Shown here in pieces: positions 20,120-29,203 of a stretch of 64,000 bases of DNA; positions within the stretch are counted from its first letter, which is position 1; each line of letters starts with the position of its first letter. Under the pieces are notes generated by a model. It made no database searches. It was not told the DNA's origin and saw nothing but the letters and a program-made list of their open reading frames with translations. This stretch comes from Eubacteriales bacterium (GTDB lineage Bacteria; Bacillota; Clostridia; Oscillospirales; CAG-272): positions 3,957 through 67,956 of the forward strand of contig JAZQWA010000075.1 in NCBI GenBank assembly GCA_045632065.1, written 5' to 3'. The translations under genes were made by a program, and so were the position numbers.

Positions 20120-20572
20120 ATGAACGAATCAAAGCTTTCGACGGCCATAAATATGATGATAAAAACCGACCATATGCATAGGGCGATGATTGATGCGAGA
20201 GTAGGTAATCTCGGGATTCACCGCACGCAGCACCGAATCCTTATGCACCTTGCAAGGCATGAAAAACTGCCATCGCAAACCGAGCTTGCAAAGCATCTTG
20301 ATATAACACCCGCTGCCGTAACAGGAGCTCTTAAAAAAATAGAGCAAGACGGCTACGTGGAGCGCACCCTTGGTCATGATAATAGATATAATGAGCTCAG
20401 AATTACCGACAAGGGCAGAGAAATCGTAAAGCAGACAAGAATGATGTTCTGTCAGGCGGATAGTTCTATGTTTGACGGATTTACGGATGAGGAGCTTGAT
20501 ACGTATATTGCCTGCCTTGAAAAATTGCAGGCAAATATGAAAAAACAGTGTGAAAGGAAGGAAAATATATGA
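20120..20572 (+). CDS. MarR family transcriptional regulator
   Basis: Winged-HTH segment LPSQTELAKHLDITPAAVTGALKKIEQDGYVER. ATGA overlap with the downstream ABC gene. Confidence 0.85.
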   Translation: MNESKLSTAINMMIKTDHMHRAMIDARVGNLGIHRTQHRILMHLARHEKLPSQTELAKHLDITPAAVTGALKKIEQDGYVERTLGHDNRYNELRITDKGREIVKQTRMMFCQADSSMFDGFTDEELDTYIACLEKLQANMKKQCERKENI

Positions 20573-22299
20573 AAAGATGGTTTAAGTACGTAAAGCCTTA
20601 CCTTTCGTCCTTTATTCTCGGACCTGTGGGAATGATAGTAGAGGTAATAGGTGAGATGTTTATGCCTTTACTTCTGCGTACGCTTATTAACGATGCTAAC
20701 AACGGTACTCTTACTGTTGGCAGAAGTATTTTTGTTGCAGGAATGCTTATTGTCGTGGTTTTGCTTATGATGGCTGGTGGCGTTGCGGGCGCGTATTTTG
20801 GCGCGAAGGCGTCGGTCAACTTTGCCGCAGACCTGAGACGTGACCTTTATGAGAAGGTACAGCAATTTTCATTTGCCAATATTGACAAATTCTCTGCAAG
20901 CTCGCTTGTTACGAGAATGACAAACGACGTTACCCAGCTTCAGAACTTTGTGAATATGCTTCTTCGTATGGCGCTTCGTTCACCGGGGATGCTTATCGGC
21001 GGTATAATTATGGCGATTTACATCAAGCCCAGCCTTTCGGTAGTGCTTGCGGTTACAATGCCTGTTATGCTTGTTGTTATCTTTGTCCTCATTATGATTG
21101 GATTCCCGAGATTTGAGAAGCTTCAGAAGAAGGTTGATAAGCTTAATTCCACCGTTCGTGAGAACGTAACTAACGTTAGAGTAGTGAAGTCCTTTGTTCG
21201 TGAGGATTATGAGATTAATAAGTTCTCTACTGATAATGCCGACCTTAAAAATTCGGGTATGAATGCAGTTAAGGTGCTCATCTGGGCTGGTCCTGTAATG
21301 AACATCTTTATGTATATTACCGTTATTGCAGTTATCTGGCTTGGTCATAATATCGTTCTTGATAATGGTATGCAGGTTGGAGACCTTTCGGCATTTATAA
21401 CCTACACAACTCAGATACTTTCCTCGCTTATGATGGTGTCAATGCTCTTTATGTTCGCATCCAGAGCTCTTGCTTCCGGCAAGAGAATTTGCGAGGTTCT
21501 TGATGAAAAAATCGACATAAACGATACAAATTCCGAGGCAGAGCATATTGTTACAAACGGAGATATAGAATTCAAGAACGTTTCGTTCCGTTATTATAAG
21601 AATAGCGAGGAGGCGGTGCTTGAAAACATAAATCTTAAAATAAATGCCGGCTCAACTGTCGGAATTATTGGTTCAACAGGCTGTGGTAAGACCACGCTTG
21701 TTTCAATGATTCCTCGTCTTTACAACGTTGACGAGGGTGAGGTGCTTGTTGACGGCGTTGACGTAAGAGAGTATTCACTTAAGTCTCTTCGAGATGGCAT
21801 CGGTATGGTGCTTCAGAAGAATCTTTTGTTCTCGGGTACAATTGGCTATAATCTCCGTTGGGGTAAGGCTGATGCAAGGGACGACGAGGTTGTAAGAGCA
21901 TCCACACACTCTGCGGCTCATAAATTCGTATCCACCTTTAACGAGGGATACGATACAGTTCTTGATAAAGGCGGTCTCAACCTTTCGGGCGGACAGAAGC
22001 AGCGACTTTGCATTGCGAGAGCGCTTCTTAAAAAGCCGAAGATACTTATTCTCGACGATTCCACAAGCGCAGTTGATACCGCTACTGAAAAGCAAATCAG
22101 AGATGCTTTCGCAACCGATTTGCAGGGCTGTACAAAAATTATTATTGCCCAGAGAATCTCATCCGTTAAGGATGCAGATTGCATTATAGTTATGAACGAG
22201 GGTAGCATCACAGGTATTGGTACGCACGACGAGCTGCTTTCTGGCAACGAGGAATACAGCGAGATTTATTACTCGCAAATGGATAAAAAGGAGGCGTAA
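20569..22299 (+). CDS. ABC exporter half-transporter (TMD-NBD), subunit carrying a degenerate Walker B
   Basis: Six-TM domain, Walker A GSTGCGKTT, LSGGQKQRLCIA. Walker B reads ILILDDSTSAVD, so Asp replaces the catalytic Glu. Confidence 0.9.
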   Translation: MKRWFKYVKPYLSSFILGPVGMIVEVIGEMFMPLLLRTLINDANNGTLTVGRSIFVAGMLIVVVLLMMAGGVAGAYFGAKASVNFAADLRRDLYEKVQQFSFANIDKFSASSLVTRMTNDVTQLQNFVNMLLRMALRSPGMLIGGIIMAIYIKPSLSVVLAVTMPVMLVVIFVLIMIGFPRFEKLQKKVDKLNSTVRENVTNVRVVKSFVREDYEINKFSTDNADLKNSGMNAVKVLIWAGPVMNIFMYITVIAVIWLGHNIVLDNGMQVGDLSAFITYTTQILSSLMMVSMLFMFASRALASGKRICEVLDEKIDINDTNSEAEHIVTNGDIEFKNVSFRYYKNSEEAVLENINLKINAGSTVGIIGSTGCGKTTLVSMIPRLYNVDEGEVLVDGVDVREYSLKSLRDGIGMVLQKNLLFSGTIGYNLRWGKADARDDEVVRASTHSAAHKFVSTFNEGYDTVLDKGGLNLSGGQKQRLCIARALLKKPKILILDDSTSAVDTATEKQIRDAFATDLQGCTKIIIAQRISSVKDADCIIVMNEGSITGIGTHDELLSGNEEYSEIYYSQMDKKEA

Positions 22300-22301
22300 G
22301 T

Positions 22302-24248
22302 ATGGCAAGACAACTAACCGAGCTTCAACAGCAATATAACAGCGCCTCTCACGGCCAGTCTCTTCGAGGCAGAGGACCTGCCGGAAGAGCAAAGGGCAAG
22401 CCCAAGAATATGGGCAAAACCGTAAAGAGAATACTTTCTTACGTTGGAAAGTACAGAATACTTCTCATTCTTGTCCTTGCGTGTATGCTTCTGACTACCG
22501 TATCATCTCTTTGCGCAGGATATCTTATCGCTCCTATTATAAACAGAATTACATTGGCAGTAAATCCCGGTGCAATTCTCGACCCCAGCCCGCTTGAAAT
22601 TGCGGCAGATTCGATAATTGAGGCATTTGTTTCAACCAAGCTTATTTCCTCTCTTATGGTGAATACCTGGGCAGAGGTCAGCGTTTACGTTTTTGCGGCA
22701 CTTATCATTCTTGCTTTGGTTTATAGCATTTCATCATTTGGAAGCTATATTCAGGGCAGACTTATGTTGGCTGTTTCCCAGAATTCCATTAAGACTATAA
22801 GAGACGACCTCTTCCGCGCACTGCAGAGGCTTCCCGTAAGATACTTCGACGGCCATCCTACAGGCGAAATAATGAGCCGTTTCACTAATGACGTGGATAA
22901 CATTGACGTTATGCTTAATAACTCGCTTACCTCTATCGTAAGCGGTGTTGTAACTCTCGTTGGAACATTCGTATTTATGCTTACAACAAACGTTTGGCTC
23001 ACCTTGATTACAGTTGTGTTTATGCCTCTTCTTATGTTTGCGGCGGGTACTATTGCAAAGAATTCAGCAAAGTACTATGGCGCTCAGCAGGCTGCAATTG
23101 GCGCTGTGAACGGCTATATTGAGGAAACTATCAGCGGTCAGAAGGTTGTAAAGGTGTTCAACCACGAGGACGAGTGTATCGACGAGATGTCACTTCTTAA
23201 CGAGGACCTTCGTGATAAGCAGCAAAAGGCGCAGTTCTGGGGCGGTGTAACAGGCCCGATAATGCATAATATCAGCCTTATTTCCTATGCGGTAACCCTT
23301 GGCGTAGGCGGTATTCTTATCGTGCTTACAGGCTTTACTCCCGGCGCGCTTACCGTCTTTGCTAACTACTCAAAGCAGTTCTCCATGCCTATAAGCCAGC
23401 TTTCTCAGCAGGTTTCCACACTTTTTGCGGCTCTTGCAGGTGCAGAGCGCGTATTTGCGGTAATGGATGAGACTCCCGAGGAGGCTGATGCCGAGGATGC
23501 AACCGATGAGAAAATCACAGGACACGTTGTGCTTGAAAACGTTACCTTTGGATACGTTCCCGAGAAGACCGTTCTTAAAAATATTTCTCTTTATGCAAAG
23601 CCAGGACAGAAGATTGCCTTTGTAGGATCTACCGGCGCAGGAAAAACTACGATTACTAATCTTCTCAATCGCTTCTACGATATCGAAGAGGGAACTATCA
23701 CCATTGACGGTAAACCTCTGAAATCTTATAAGCGTGATTTTCTTCGTCAGAATATTGCAATGGTGCTTCAGGATACCCACCTCTTTACAGGAACTGTAAG
23801 AGAAAATATCCGTTACGGTAGGCTTGACGCCACCGACGAGGAGGTTATTGTCGCAGCCAAGACCGCAAGCGCACACAGCTTCATTATGCGTCTTGAGCAC
23901 GGCTACGATACAATACTTGAGGGCGACGGAGCTAACCTTTCGCAAGGTCAGCGTCAGCTTCTCAATATTGCCAGAGCTGCTCTTTCAAAAGCTCCCATAC
24001 TCGTTCTCGACGAGGCAACCTCGTCGGTTGATACCCGTACTGAGCGTCATATTGAGCACGGAATGGATAGACTTATGAAGGATAGAACAACCTTCGTTAT
24101 TGCCCACCGCCTTTCCACCGTACGTAATGCAAATGCGATTATGGTTCTCGAGCGTGGTGAGATAATCGAGCGTGGTGACCACGACGACCTTCTTGCGCAA
24201 AAGGGCAGATACTACGAGCTTTATACAGGCTTGAAGGAATTAGACTAA
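22302..24248 (+). CDS. ABC exporter half-transporter (TMD-NBD), partner subunit with non-canonical signature
   Basis: Walker A GSTGAGKTT and Walker B LVLDEATSSVD. The signature is LSQGQRQ rather than LSGGQ. Together with the upstream gene this gives one degenerate ATP site, as in heterodimeric exporters. Confidence 0.9.
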   Translation: MARQLTELQQQYNSASHGQSLRGRGPAGRAKGKPKNMGKTVKRILSYVGKYRILLILVLACMLLTTVSSLCAGYLIAPIINRITLAVNPGAILDPSPLEIAADSIIEAFVSTKLISSLMVNTWAEVSVYVFAALIILALVYSISSFGSYIQGRLMLAVSQNSIKTIRDDLFRALQRLPVRYFDGHPTGEIMSRFTNDVDNIDVMLNNSLTSIVSGVVTLVGTFVFMLTTNVWLTLITVVFMPLLMFAAGTIAKNSAKYYGAQQAAIGAVNGYIEETISGQKVVKVFNHEDECIDEMSLLNEDLRDKQQKAQFWGGVTGPIMHNISLISYAVTLGVGGILIVLTGFTPGALTVFANYSKQFSMPISQLSQQVSTLFAALAGAERVFAVMDETPEEADAEDATDEKITGHVVLENVTFGYVPEKTVLKNISLYAKPGQKIAFVGSTGAGKTTITNLLNRFYDIEEGTITIDGKPLKSYKRDFLRQNIAMVLQDTHLFTGTVRENIRYGRLDATDEEVIVAAKTASAHSFIMRLEHGYDTILEGDGANLSQGQRQLLNIARAALSKAPILVLDEATSSVDTRTERHIEHGMDRLMKDRTTFVIAHRLSTVRNANAIMVLERGEIIERGDHDDLLAQKGRYYELYTGLKELD

Positions 24249-24253
24249 AAAAT

Positions 24254-24285
24254 ATCCGCTGAGAATTATTTCTCGGCGGATTTTC
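24254..24285 (+). terminator. rho-independent terminator after the ABC pair
   Basis: ATCCGCTGAGA / TCTCGGCGGAT stem followed by TTTT. Confidence 0.7.
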
Positions 24286-24288
24286 TTA

Positions 24289-24317
24289 TTGACACGTAGT
24301 TTTACATATGATATAAT
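24289..24317 (+). promoter_or_regulatory. sigma-A type promoter of the vWA lipoprotein gene
   Basis: TTGACA (24289-24294), 17-nt spacer, TATAAT (24312-24317). Confidence 0.55.
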
Positions 24318-24338
24318 GAAAGAAAAAGGGGCAAAATC

Positions 24339-25625
24339 ATGAATAATATTAAATCATTATTTTTACTATTAGTTGTTGCTTCTATGCTTTTATCCGTAGT
24401 ATCTTGTTCAAAAAGCGATGCAGGAGGCGATTATTACGGCGGTGGTCTTACCAGTAGCGCGCCAAAAGCTGAGGGAGGCGCATCGGATTCTGGTGAGTCT
24501 GATGAGTCTAATGATTCTAATGAAGTAACCAGTCTTCCCGCAGGAATGATTACAGCGGGCGCATGGGTTGATAACGATAACTATGAAATGTGGCTGGATT
24601 TATTCTATCAGAGTGAAAATAGCCCCGGAAAATTCTATGATTATACCAAACCGAATGCCTCTTGGGGATTTAACTCTTTAAAGCGAATTAAGGTAACGGT
24701 TAACTGCGGTGCGGTTAATGTGGCAGGAGCAACGGTTGTTGCCTCTGATGCATCTGGAAATCCGTTGTTTACCGCAGTTACTGATGCAGCAGGAAATGCT
24801 TACTTGTTTACAGATGCTGAAAGCGGTAATATTACTGTAACGAGTGGTGACGGAACTGCTACTGCTGAGTTTACAAATGAATTGCGCGATATAAAGGTTG
24901 AGTTGTCTGAAACAGGAGTCAAGCTCAATATAATTGAAATTATGTTTGTGGTTGATGTTACCGGCTCGATGGGTGATGAAATTTCCTTCCTTAAAGCAGA
25001 ACTCGCAGATGTAATTAATCAAATTTCGGCGAATAATTCCAAGGCGGTTATAAAGCTTGCGCTGCTATTCTACCGAGATACAGATGATAACGTGCCGTTC
25101 GATTATTACGAATTTACTGACGTTACAAATAGCAACGGACTTAAAGTGCAACAAGACGCTCTTAACAGTCAAAATGCTACTGGTGGTGGAGATTATCCTG
25201 AAGCAGTTGATGAAGCTTTGATGCGAGCAGTTAACCAACAGTGGAGTACAGGCGCTACCACAAAGATCATTTTCCATGTTCTTGATGCGCCTGCTCACTA
25301 TACCACAACTAATGCGCAAAGGCTTGTTAATGCTACAAAAATTGCGGCAGAAAAGGGAATAAGAATTTGTCCTATCATTTGTAGCGGAGCTGCAGGGGAA
25401 ACAGAGTATACTATGCGTGAAGCGGCGATTTATACCGGTGGAACGTTCATTTTCGTAACCGATGATTCAGGAATCGGAGGTTCTCACCATGATCCCGAAC
25501 TTCCTAATGTTACAGTAGAGCTTCTCAATTCACTGATGGTGAGACTTGTGAATGGTTATCACACAGGAACCTATGCGCCTCCAATTTATTGGAAGGATGA
25601 TCCTAATTTAGCATCAAATAAGTAA
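24339..25625 (+). CDS. secreted lipoprotein with von Willebrand factor A domain
   Basis: Signal peptide ending LSVVSC (Cys lipidation site), then an acidic Ser/Asp/Glu linker. A CarboxypepD_reg-like beta-sandwich segment (VTVNCGAVNVAGATVVASDASGNPLF) follows. The vWA domain has a MIDAS-like VVDVTGSMGDE motif. Confidence 0.75.
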   Translation: MNNIKSLFLLLVVASMLLSVVSCSKSDAGGDYYGGGLTSSAPKAEGGASDSGESDESNDSNEVTSLPAGMITAGAWVDNDNYEMWLDLFYQSENSPGKFYDYTKPNASWGFNSLKRIKVTVNCGAVNVAGATVVASDASGNPLFTAVTDAAGNAYLFTDAESGNITVTSGDGTATAEFTNELRDIKVELSETGVKLNIIEIMFVVDVTGSMGDEISFLKAELADVINQISANNSKAVIKLALLFYRDTDDNVPFDYYEFTDVTNSNGLKVQQDALNSQNATGGGDYPEAVDEALMRAVNQQWSTGATTKIIFHVLDAPAHYTTTNAQRLVNATKIAAEKGIRICPIICSGAAGETEYTMREAAIYTGGTFIFVTDDSGIGGSHHDPELPNVTVELLNSLMVRLVNGYHTGTYAPPIYWKDDPNLASNK

Positions 25626-25644
25626 ATTTTAGAAATAAAGAACA

Positions 25645-25671
25645 GGCGAGTCCATTTGGACTCGTCTTTTA
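25645..25671. terminator. bidirectional terminator
   Basis: GGCGAGTCCA / TGGACTCGTC stem followed by TTTT. It lies between convergent genes. Confidence 0.7.
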
Positions 25672-25677
25672 TAATTA

Positions 25678-26010
25678 TTAATTTCTAAAAGTCCATACTA
25701 TCTGAAGAATTAGATTTAGCGCGAAAGCAACATTCCAAACAATGATGGCCGTAGAATTTAAAGCCCCTCCAATGCAAATACAAAGAGCAAATATAGCAAG
25801 AGTGATTAAAAAACGGATGGAGCTTCCACCTGCTTTTAATGCTTTAAAAGCGCCGATTGAATAAAGTAACATTGCAATAAGAGCAAATAAAACACTTAAT
25901 GCCCAATTTTGAAATTCACTAAATGGATCGTTGGGATTGACCAAACCAAAAAGAAATACAAATGATAATATATTAAATATAATACCAAATACTTGACTAA
26001 CTTTTCCCAT
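25678..26010 (-). CDS. small four-TM membrane protein
   Basis: ORF 25678..26022. ATG 26010 is preceded by TGGAGG. The protein is entirely hydrophobic helices. Confidence 0.55.
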   Translation of the reverse strand: MGKVSQVFGIIFNILSFVFLFGLVNPNDPFSEFQNWALSVLFALIAMLLYSIGAFKALKAGGSSIRFLITLAIFALCICIGGALNSTAIIVWNVAFALNLILQIVWTFRN

Positions 26011-26044
26011 ATAAGCCTCCACAGAAATAATTTTTGATTAATTT

Positions 26045-27490
26045 TTACTCAAGCTTTGCAAGCGCCTTTTCGATTCTTGCAAGGGATTCGTCCTTACCAA
26101 TAACCTCCATAATTTCGGTTGCTCCGCCGGGAGTTGCGGTCATGCCCGAAACTGCGATTCGTACGCACCACATAAGTGTTCCGGTCTTGATCTGGAGCTT
26201 CTCTGCGATAGGCATAAGAGCCGCGAAGAGAGTATCGTTATCGTAGCTTTCAACGTTCTCAAGAATAGCCTTTGCCTCGGTTAGAACAGTATTGACAATC
26301 TCGAAATCAGCAATCTTGTTCTTCTTGTTGAGGAAAAGGTCCTTGTCATACTCGGGAAGAGTGATGAAGAATTCCATTCTCTCGTTGATTTCGGAGAGCT
26401 TTGCAATTCTGGTCTTAAGAAGACCGAGCATCTTTGCCTTGTTGATGTTCTCGGGAATTTCAACTGTAATAAATTTCTCAATAAGCTCGTTAAACTTATC
26501 GTCCTCAAGCTTGTGGATATACTCACCGTTGAACCAAAGGAGCTTCTCAAAGTCAAAAACAGAGGGGGACTTTGATACGCCGTCAATGGTGAATGCCGCT
26601 TTAAGCTCATCGAGGTTGAAGAACTCTGTTTCGCTCTCCTTGGGGCACCAGCCGAGCAGGGAAATGTAGTTAATGATAGCCTCGGGAAGATAGCCGTCAT
26701 TTACGAGATCCTGGAATGAAACTGCGCCGTGACGCTTGGAAAGCTTGGAAACGTTGCCCTCAGCATCCTTACCCATAAGCAGAGGAAGATGAACGTAAAC
26801 GGGTCTCTCCCAGCCGTATGCATCGTAGAGAAGAACGTACTTAGGAGTAGATGTGAGATACTCCGAGCCTCTTACAACGTGAGTAACGCCCATAAGATGG
26901 TCGTCGATTACGTGGCAGAAGTTATAGGTGGGGTAGCCGTCAGCCTTCATAAGAATCTGGTCCTGAAGCTCCTCGTTGTTCATGGAAATATCGCCAAATA
27001 CCTCGTCGTGATAGGTGGTAACTCCCTCGGTAGGCATCTTCTGACGGATAACGAAGGGGATACCCGCCTTGAGGTTAGCCTCAACCTCTTCCTTGGAGAG
27101 ATTACGGCAATGACGGTCATAGCCACCGGTTGCGTCAGCCTCGTGAAGCGCCTCGAGTCTTTCCTTTGTACAGAAGCAGTAGTAAGCATGTCCGAGCTCA
27201 ACGAGCTTCTTGGCATACTCCATATAAATTTCCTTACGCTCTGACTGAACGTAGGGGCCGTGCTCACCGCCAACATCGGGACCCTCGTCCCAGAGAAGTC
27301 CTGTCATATTAAGAGTGGACTTGATAACGTCAGTAGCACCCTCAACAAGTCTTTCACGGTCGGTATCCTCTATACGAAGTATGAATTTACCGCCGTCATG
27401 CTTTGAAATTAAGTATGAATAGAGCGCCGTACGAAGATTACCTATATGCATATAGCCTGTAGGACTTGGCGCAAATCTTGTTACTGTCAT
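26045..27490 (-). CDS. gltX: glutamate--tRNA ligase
   Basis: FAPSPTGYMHIGNLRTALY (HIGH-type motif) and KLSKRHG (KMSKS-type motif). Confidence 0.95.
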   Translation of the reverse strand: MTVTRFAPSPTGYMHIGNLRTALYSYLISKHDGGKFILRIEDTDRERLVEGATDVIKSTLNMTGLLWDEGPDVGGEHGPYVQSERKEIYMEYAKKLVELGHAYYCFCTKERLEALHEADATGGYDRHCRNLSKEEVEANLKAGIPFVIRQKMPTEGVTTYHDEVFGDISMNNEELQDQILMKADGYPTYNFCHVIDDHLMGVTHVVRGSEYLTSTPKYVLLYDAYGWERPVYVHLPLLMGKDAEGNVSKLSKRHGAVSFQDLVNDGYLPEAIINYISLLGWCPKESETEFFNLDELKAAFTIDGVSKSPSVFDFEKLLWFNGEYIHKLEDDKFNELIEKFITVEIPENINKAKMLGLLKTRIAKLSEINERMEFFITLPEYDKDLFLNKKNKIADFEIVNTVLTEAKAILENVESYDNDTLFAALMPIAEKLQIKTGTLMWCVRIAVSGMTATPGGATEIMEVIGKDESLARIEKALAKLE

Positions 27491-27639
27491 TTTATGAGCT
27501 CCTTATGTGTTTTCAAAAATTACTTTTAATATTTTAGCATAAAAATTATATTTAGTCAATCAAAATAGGCAAAAATATTTGACAATATGCATTTAAATAT
27601 GTTAAAATAAGTACAAAAAGTAAGAACAGGAGAAAAATA

Positions 27640-29151
27640 GTGCTTAAAACGTCATTTTCAAAATATCTTACGGCGTTTATAATCATAATTTGTGTCAGCT
27701 TCGCTATTCTAACAAGTATTATTACGTCTATGGTGCGTAATTACGTTACCGAGGAAACCGAAGGGAAGCTTGATAGAGCATGTAATATTATATACGAATA
27801 TGTCTCAGGCGAAAATCCCAATAATCTTGAGGAAGTTACCGTAGCGGCGCAAACAATCGTTCTTCCCATGGTAAATCTTGATTCGCAATATGATGTTGCT
27901 ATTGCAGATAAGGATGGCAAAATTGTTTTGACTACCTCTCACCCTAATTCGCTTACACCAGATGGGAAAAGGAAGCTTGTTACCGATATCGAAAACGGTA
28001 TTGGCAGAATTGATATTGATTCCTTGAGGGACAAGCTTGAAGACGGGCACGCAACATATTCATACGTAGGAATAATCGGAAGCGCGATGAGAGACCAGTA
28101 TATGATATGCGCCAGAGAACTATCAAGTGATGGCGATAATATTGGTTATATACTTACCTTTGCATCTACAACCAGAGAAACCAATCTTGTTTTGGCGACC
28201 AGAAGAGCGGTTATCAACGGCTCGATATGGGTAATGGTGGCTGCGGTTATCGCCGCATATTTCATTACGGCGCGCCTTGTGCATCCGCTCAGAAGCATGA
28301 CCAACGCTGCCAAAAAGTTTGCAAAAGGTGATTTCTCGGTGCGCGTTGACGTCAGTGGAAAGCATCACGATGAGGTCACAGAGCTTGGAATGGCATTTAA
28401 TAACATGGCAGAATCGCTTGATAGCCTTGAAAAGATGCGAAACTCATTCCTCGCTAATATCTCTCACGACCTCCGAACACCGATGACAACTATCGCGGGT
28501 TTTATTGACGGAATAAATTCGGGCGCAATCCCGCCAGAAAAGCACGAGTATTATCTCGGAGTGATTTCTGCTGAGGTGCATAGGCTTTCAAGACTTGTCT
28601 CGCAGCTGCTTGACGTTTCCAAGCTTGAGTCGGGCGAGCGTAAGTTCAATTACACCGACTTTGATATTGCAGAGGTCGCTCGATTGATTCTCATTTCCTT
28701 TGAAAAGAAGATTGATGAGAAAAGACTTGACGTTGAGTTTGATTCAGAGTTTGACGAAATGTATGCTTTTGCGGATAAGGATGCAATTTATCAGGTGCTT
28801 TATAACCTTTGTCATAACGCAGTTAAATTTGCCAGGGAAGAGGGCAAATTAAGAATCAAGCTTTCGCGCATTACAGACACAAAGCTCAAGGTGGCGGTTT
28901 ACGACCAGGGCGTCAGCTTAACCGATGAGGATCAAAAGATGGTCTTCGAAAGGTTCTATAAATCCGACGAGAGTCGCGGCCTTGATAAGACAGGTGTTGG
29001 TCTTGGACTATATATTTCCAAAACAATTATTGACGCTCACGGTGAAACCATAGGTGTTGAATGTGTTGAGGATGATGGATGCGAGTTCTGGTTTACCTTA
29101 ACCGAGGGCTCGGGACAGCAAAAGAGAAAACGATCTCAAGAGCTAACTTAA
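27640..29151 (+). CDS. sensor histidine kinase (two TM segments, HAMP, HisKA, HATPase_c)
   Basis: GTG start 8 nt after AGGAG. H-box SHDLRTPMT, N-box LYNLCHNAVKF and G-box GVGLGLYISK. No response regulator lies adjacent. Confidence 0.9.
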   Translation: MLKTSFSKYLTAFIIIICVSFAILTSIITSMVRNYVTEETEGKLDRACNIIYEYVSGENPNNLEEVTVAAQTIVLPMVNLDSQYDVAIADKDGKIVLTTSHPNSLTPDGKRKLVTDIENGIGRIDIDSLRDKLEDGHATYSYVGIIGSAMRDQYMICARELSSDGDNIGYILTFASTTRETNLVLATRRAVINGSIWVMVAAVIAAYFITARLVHPLRSMTNAAKKFAKGDFSVRVDVSGKHHDEVTELGMAFNNMAESLDSLEKMRNSFLANISHDLRTPMTTIAGFIDGINSGAIPPEKHEYYLGVISAEVHRLSRLVSQLLDVSKLESGERKFNYTDFDIAEVARLILISFEKKIDEKRLDVEFDSEFDEMYAFADKDAIYQVLYNLCHNAVKFAREEGKLRIKLSRITDTKLKVAVYDQGVSLTDEDQKMVFERFYKSDESRGLDKTGVGLGLYISKTIIDAHGETIGVECVEDDGCEFWFTLTEGSGQQKRKRSQELT

Positions 29152-29159
29152 AAACAAAA

Positions 29160-29187
29160 ACGGCAGGAAGAATTCTCTTTCTGCCGT
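29160..29187. terminator. terminator hairpin between convergent genes
   Basis: ACGGCAGGAAGA / TCTTTCTGCCGT stem. There is a long T-run on the minus-strand side and a weaker one on the plus side. Confidence 0.6.
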
Positions 29188-29203
29188 AAAATATTTTCTG
29201 ATT

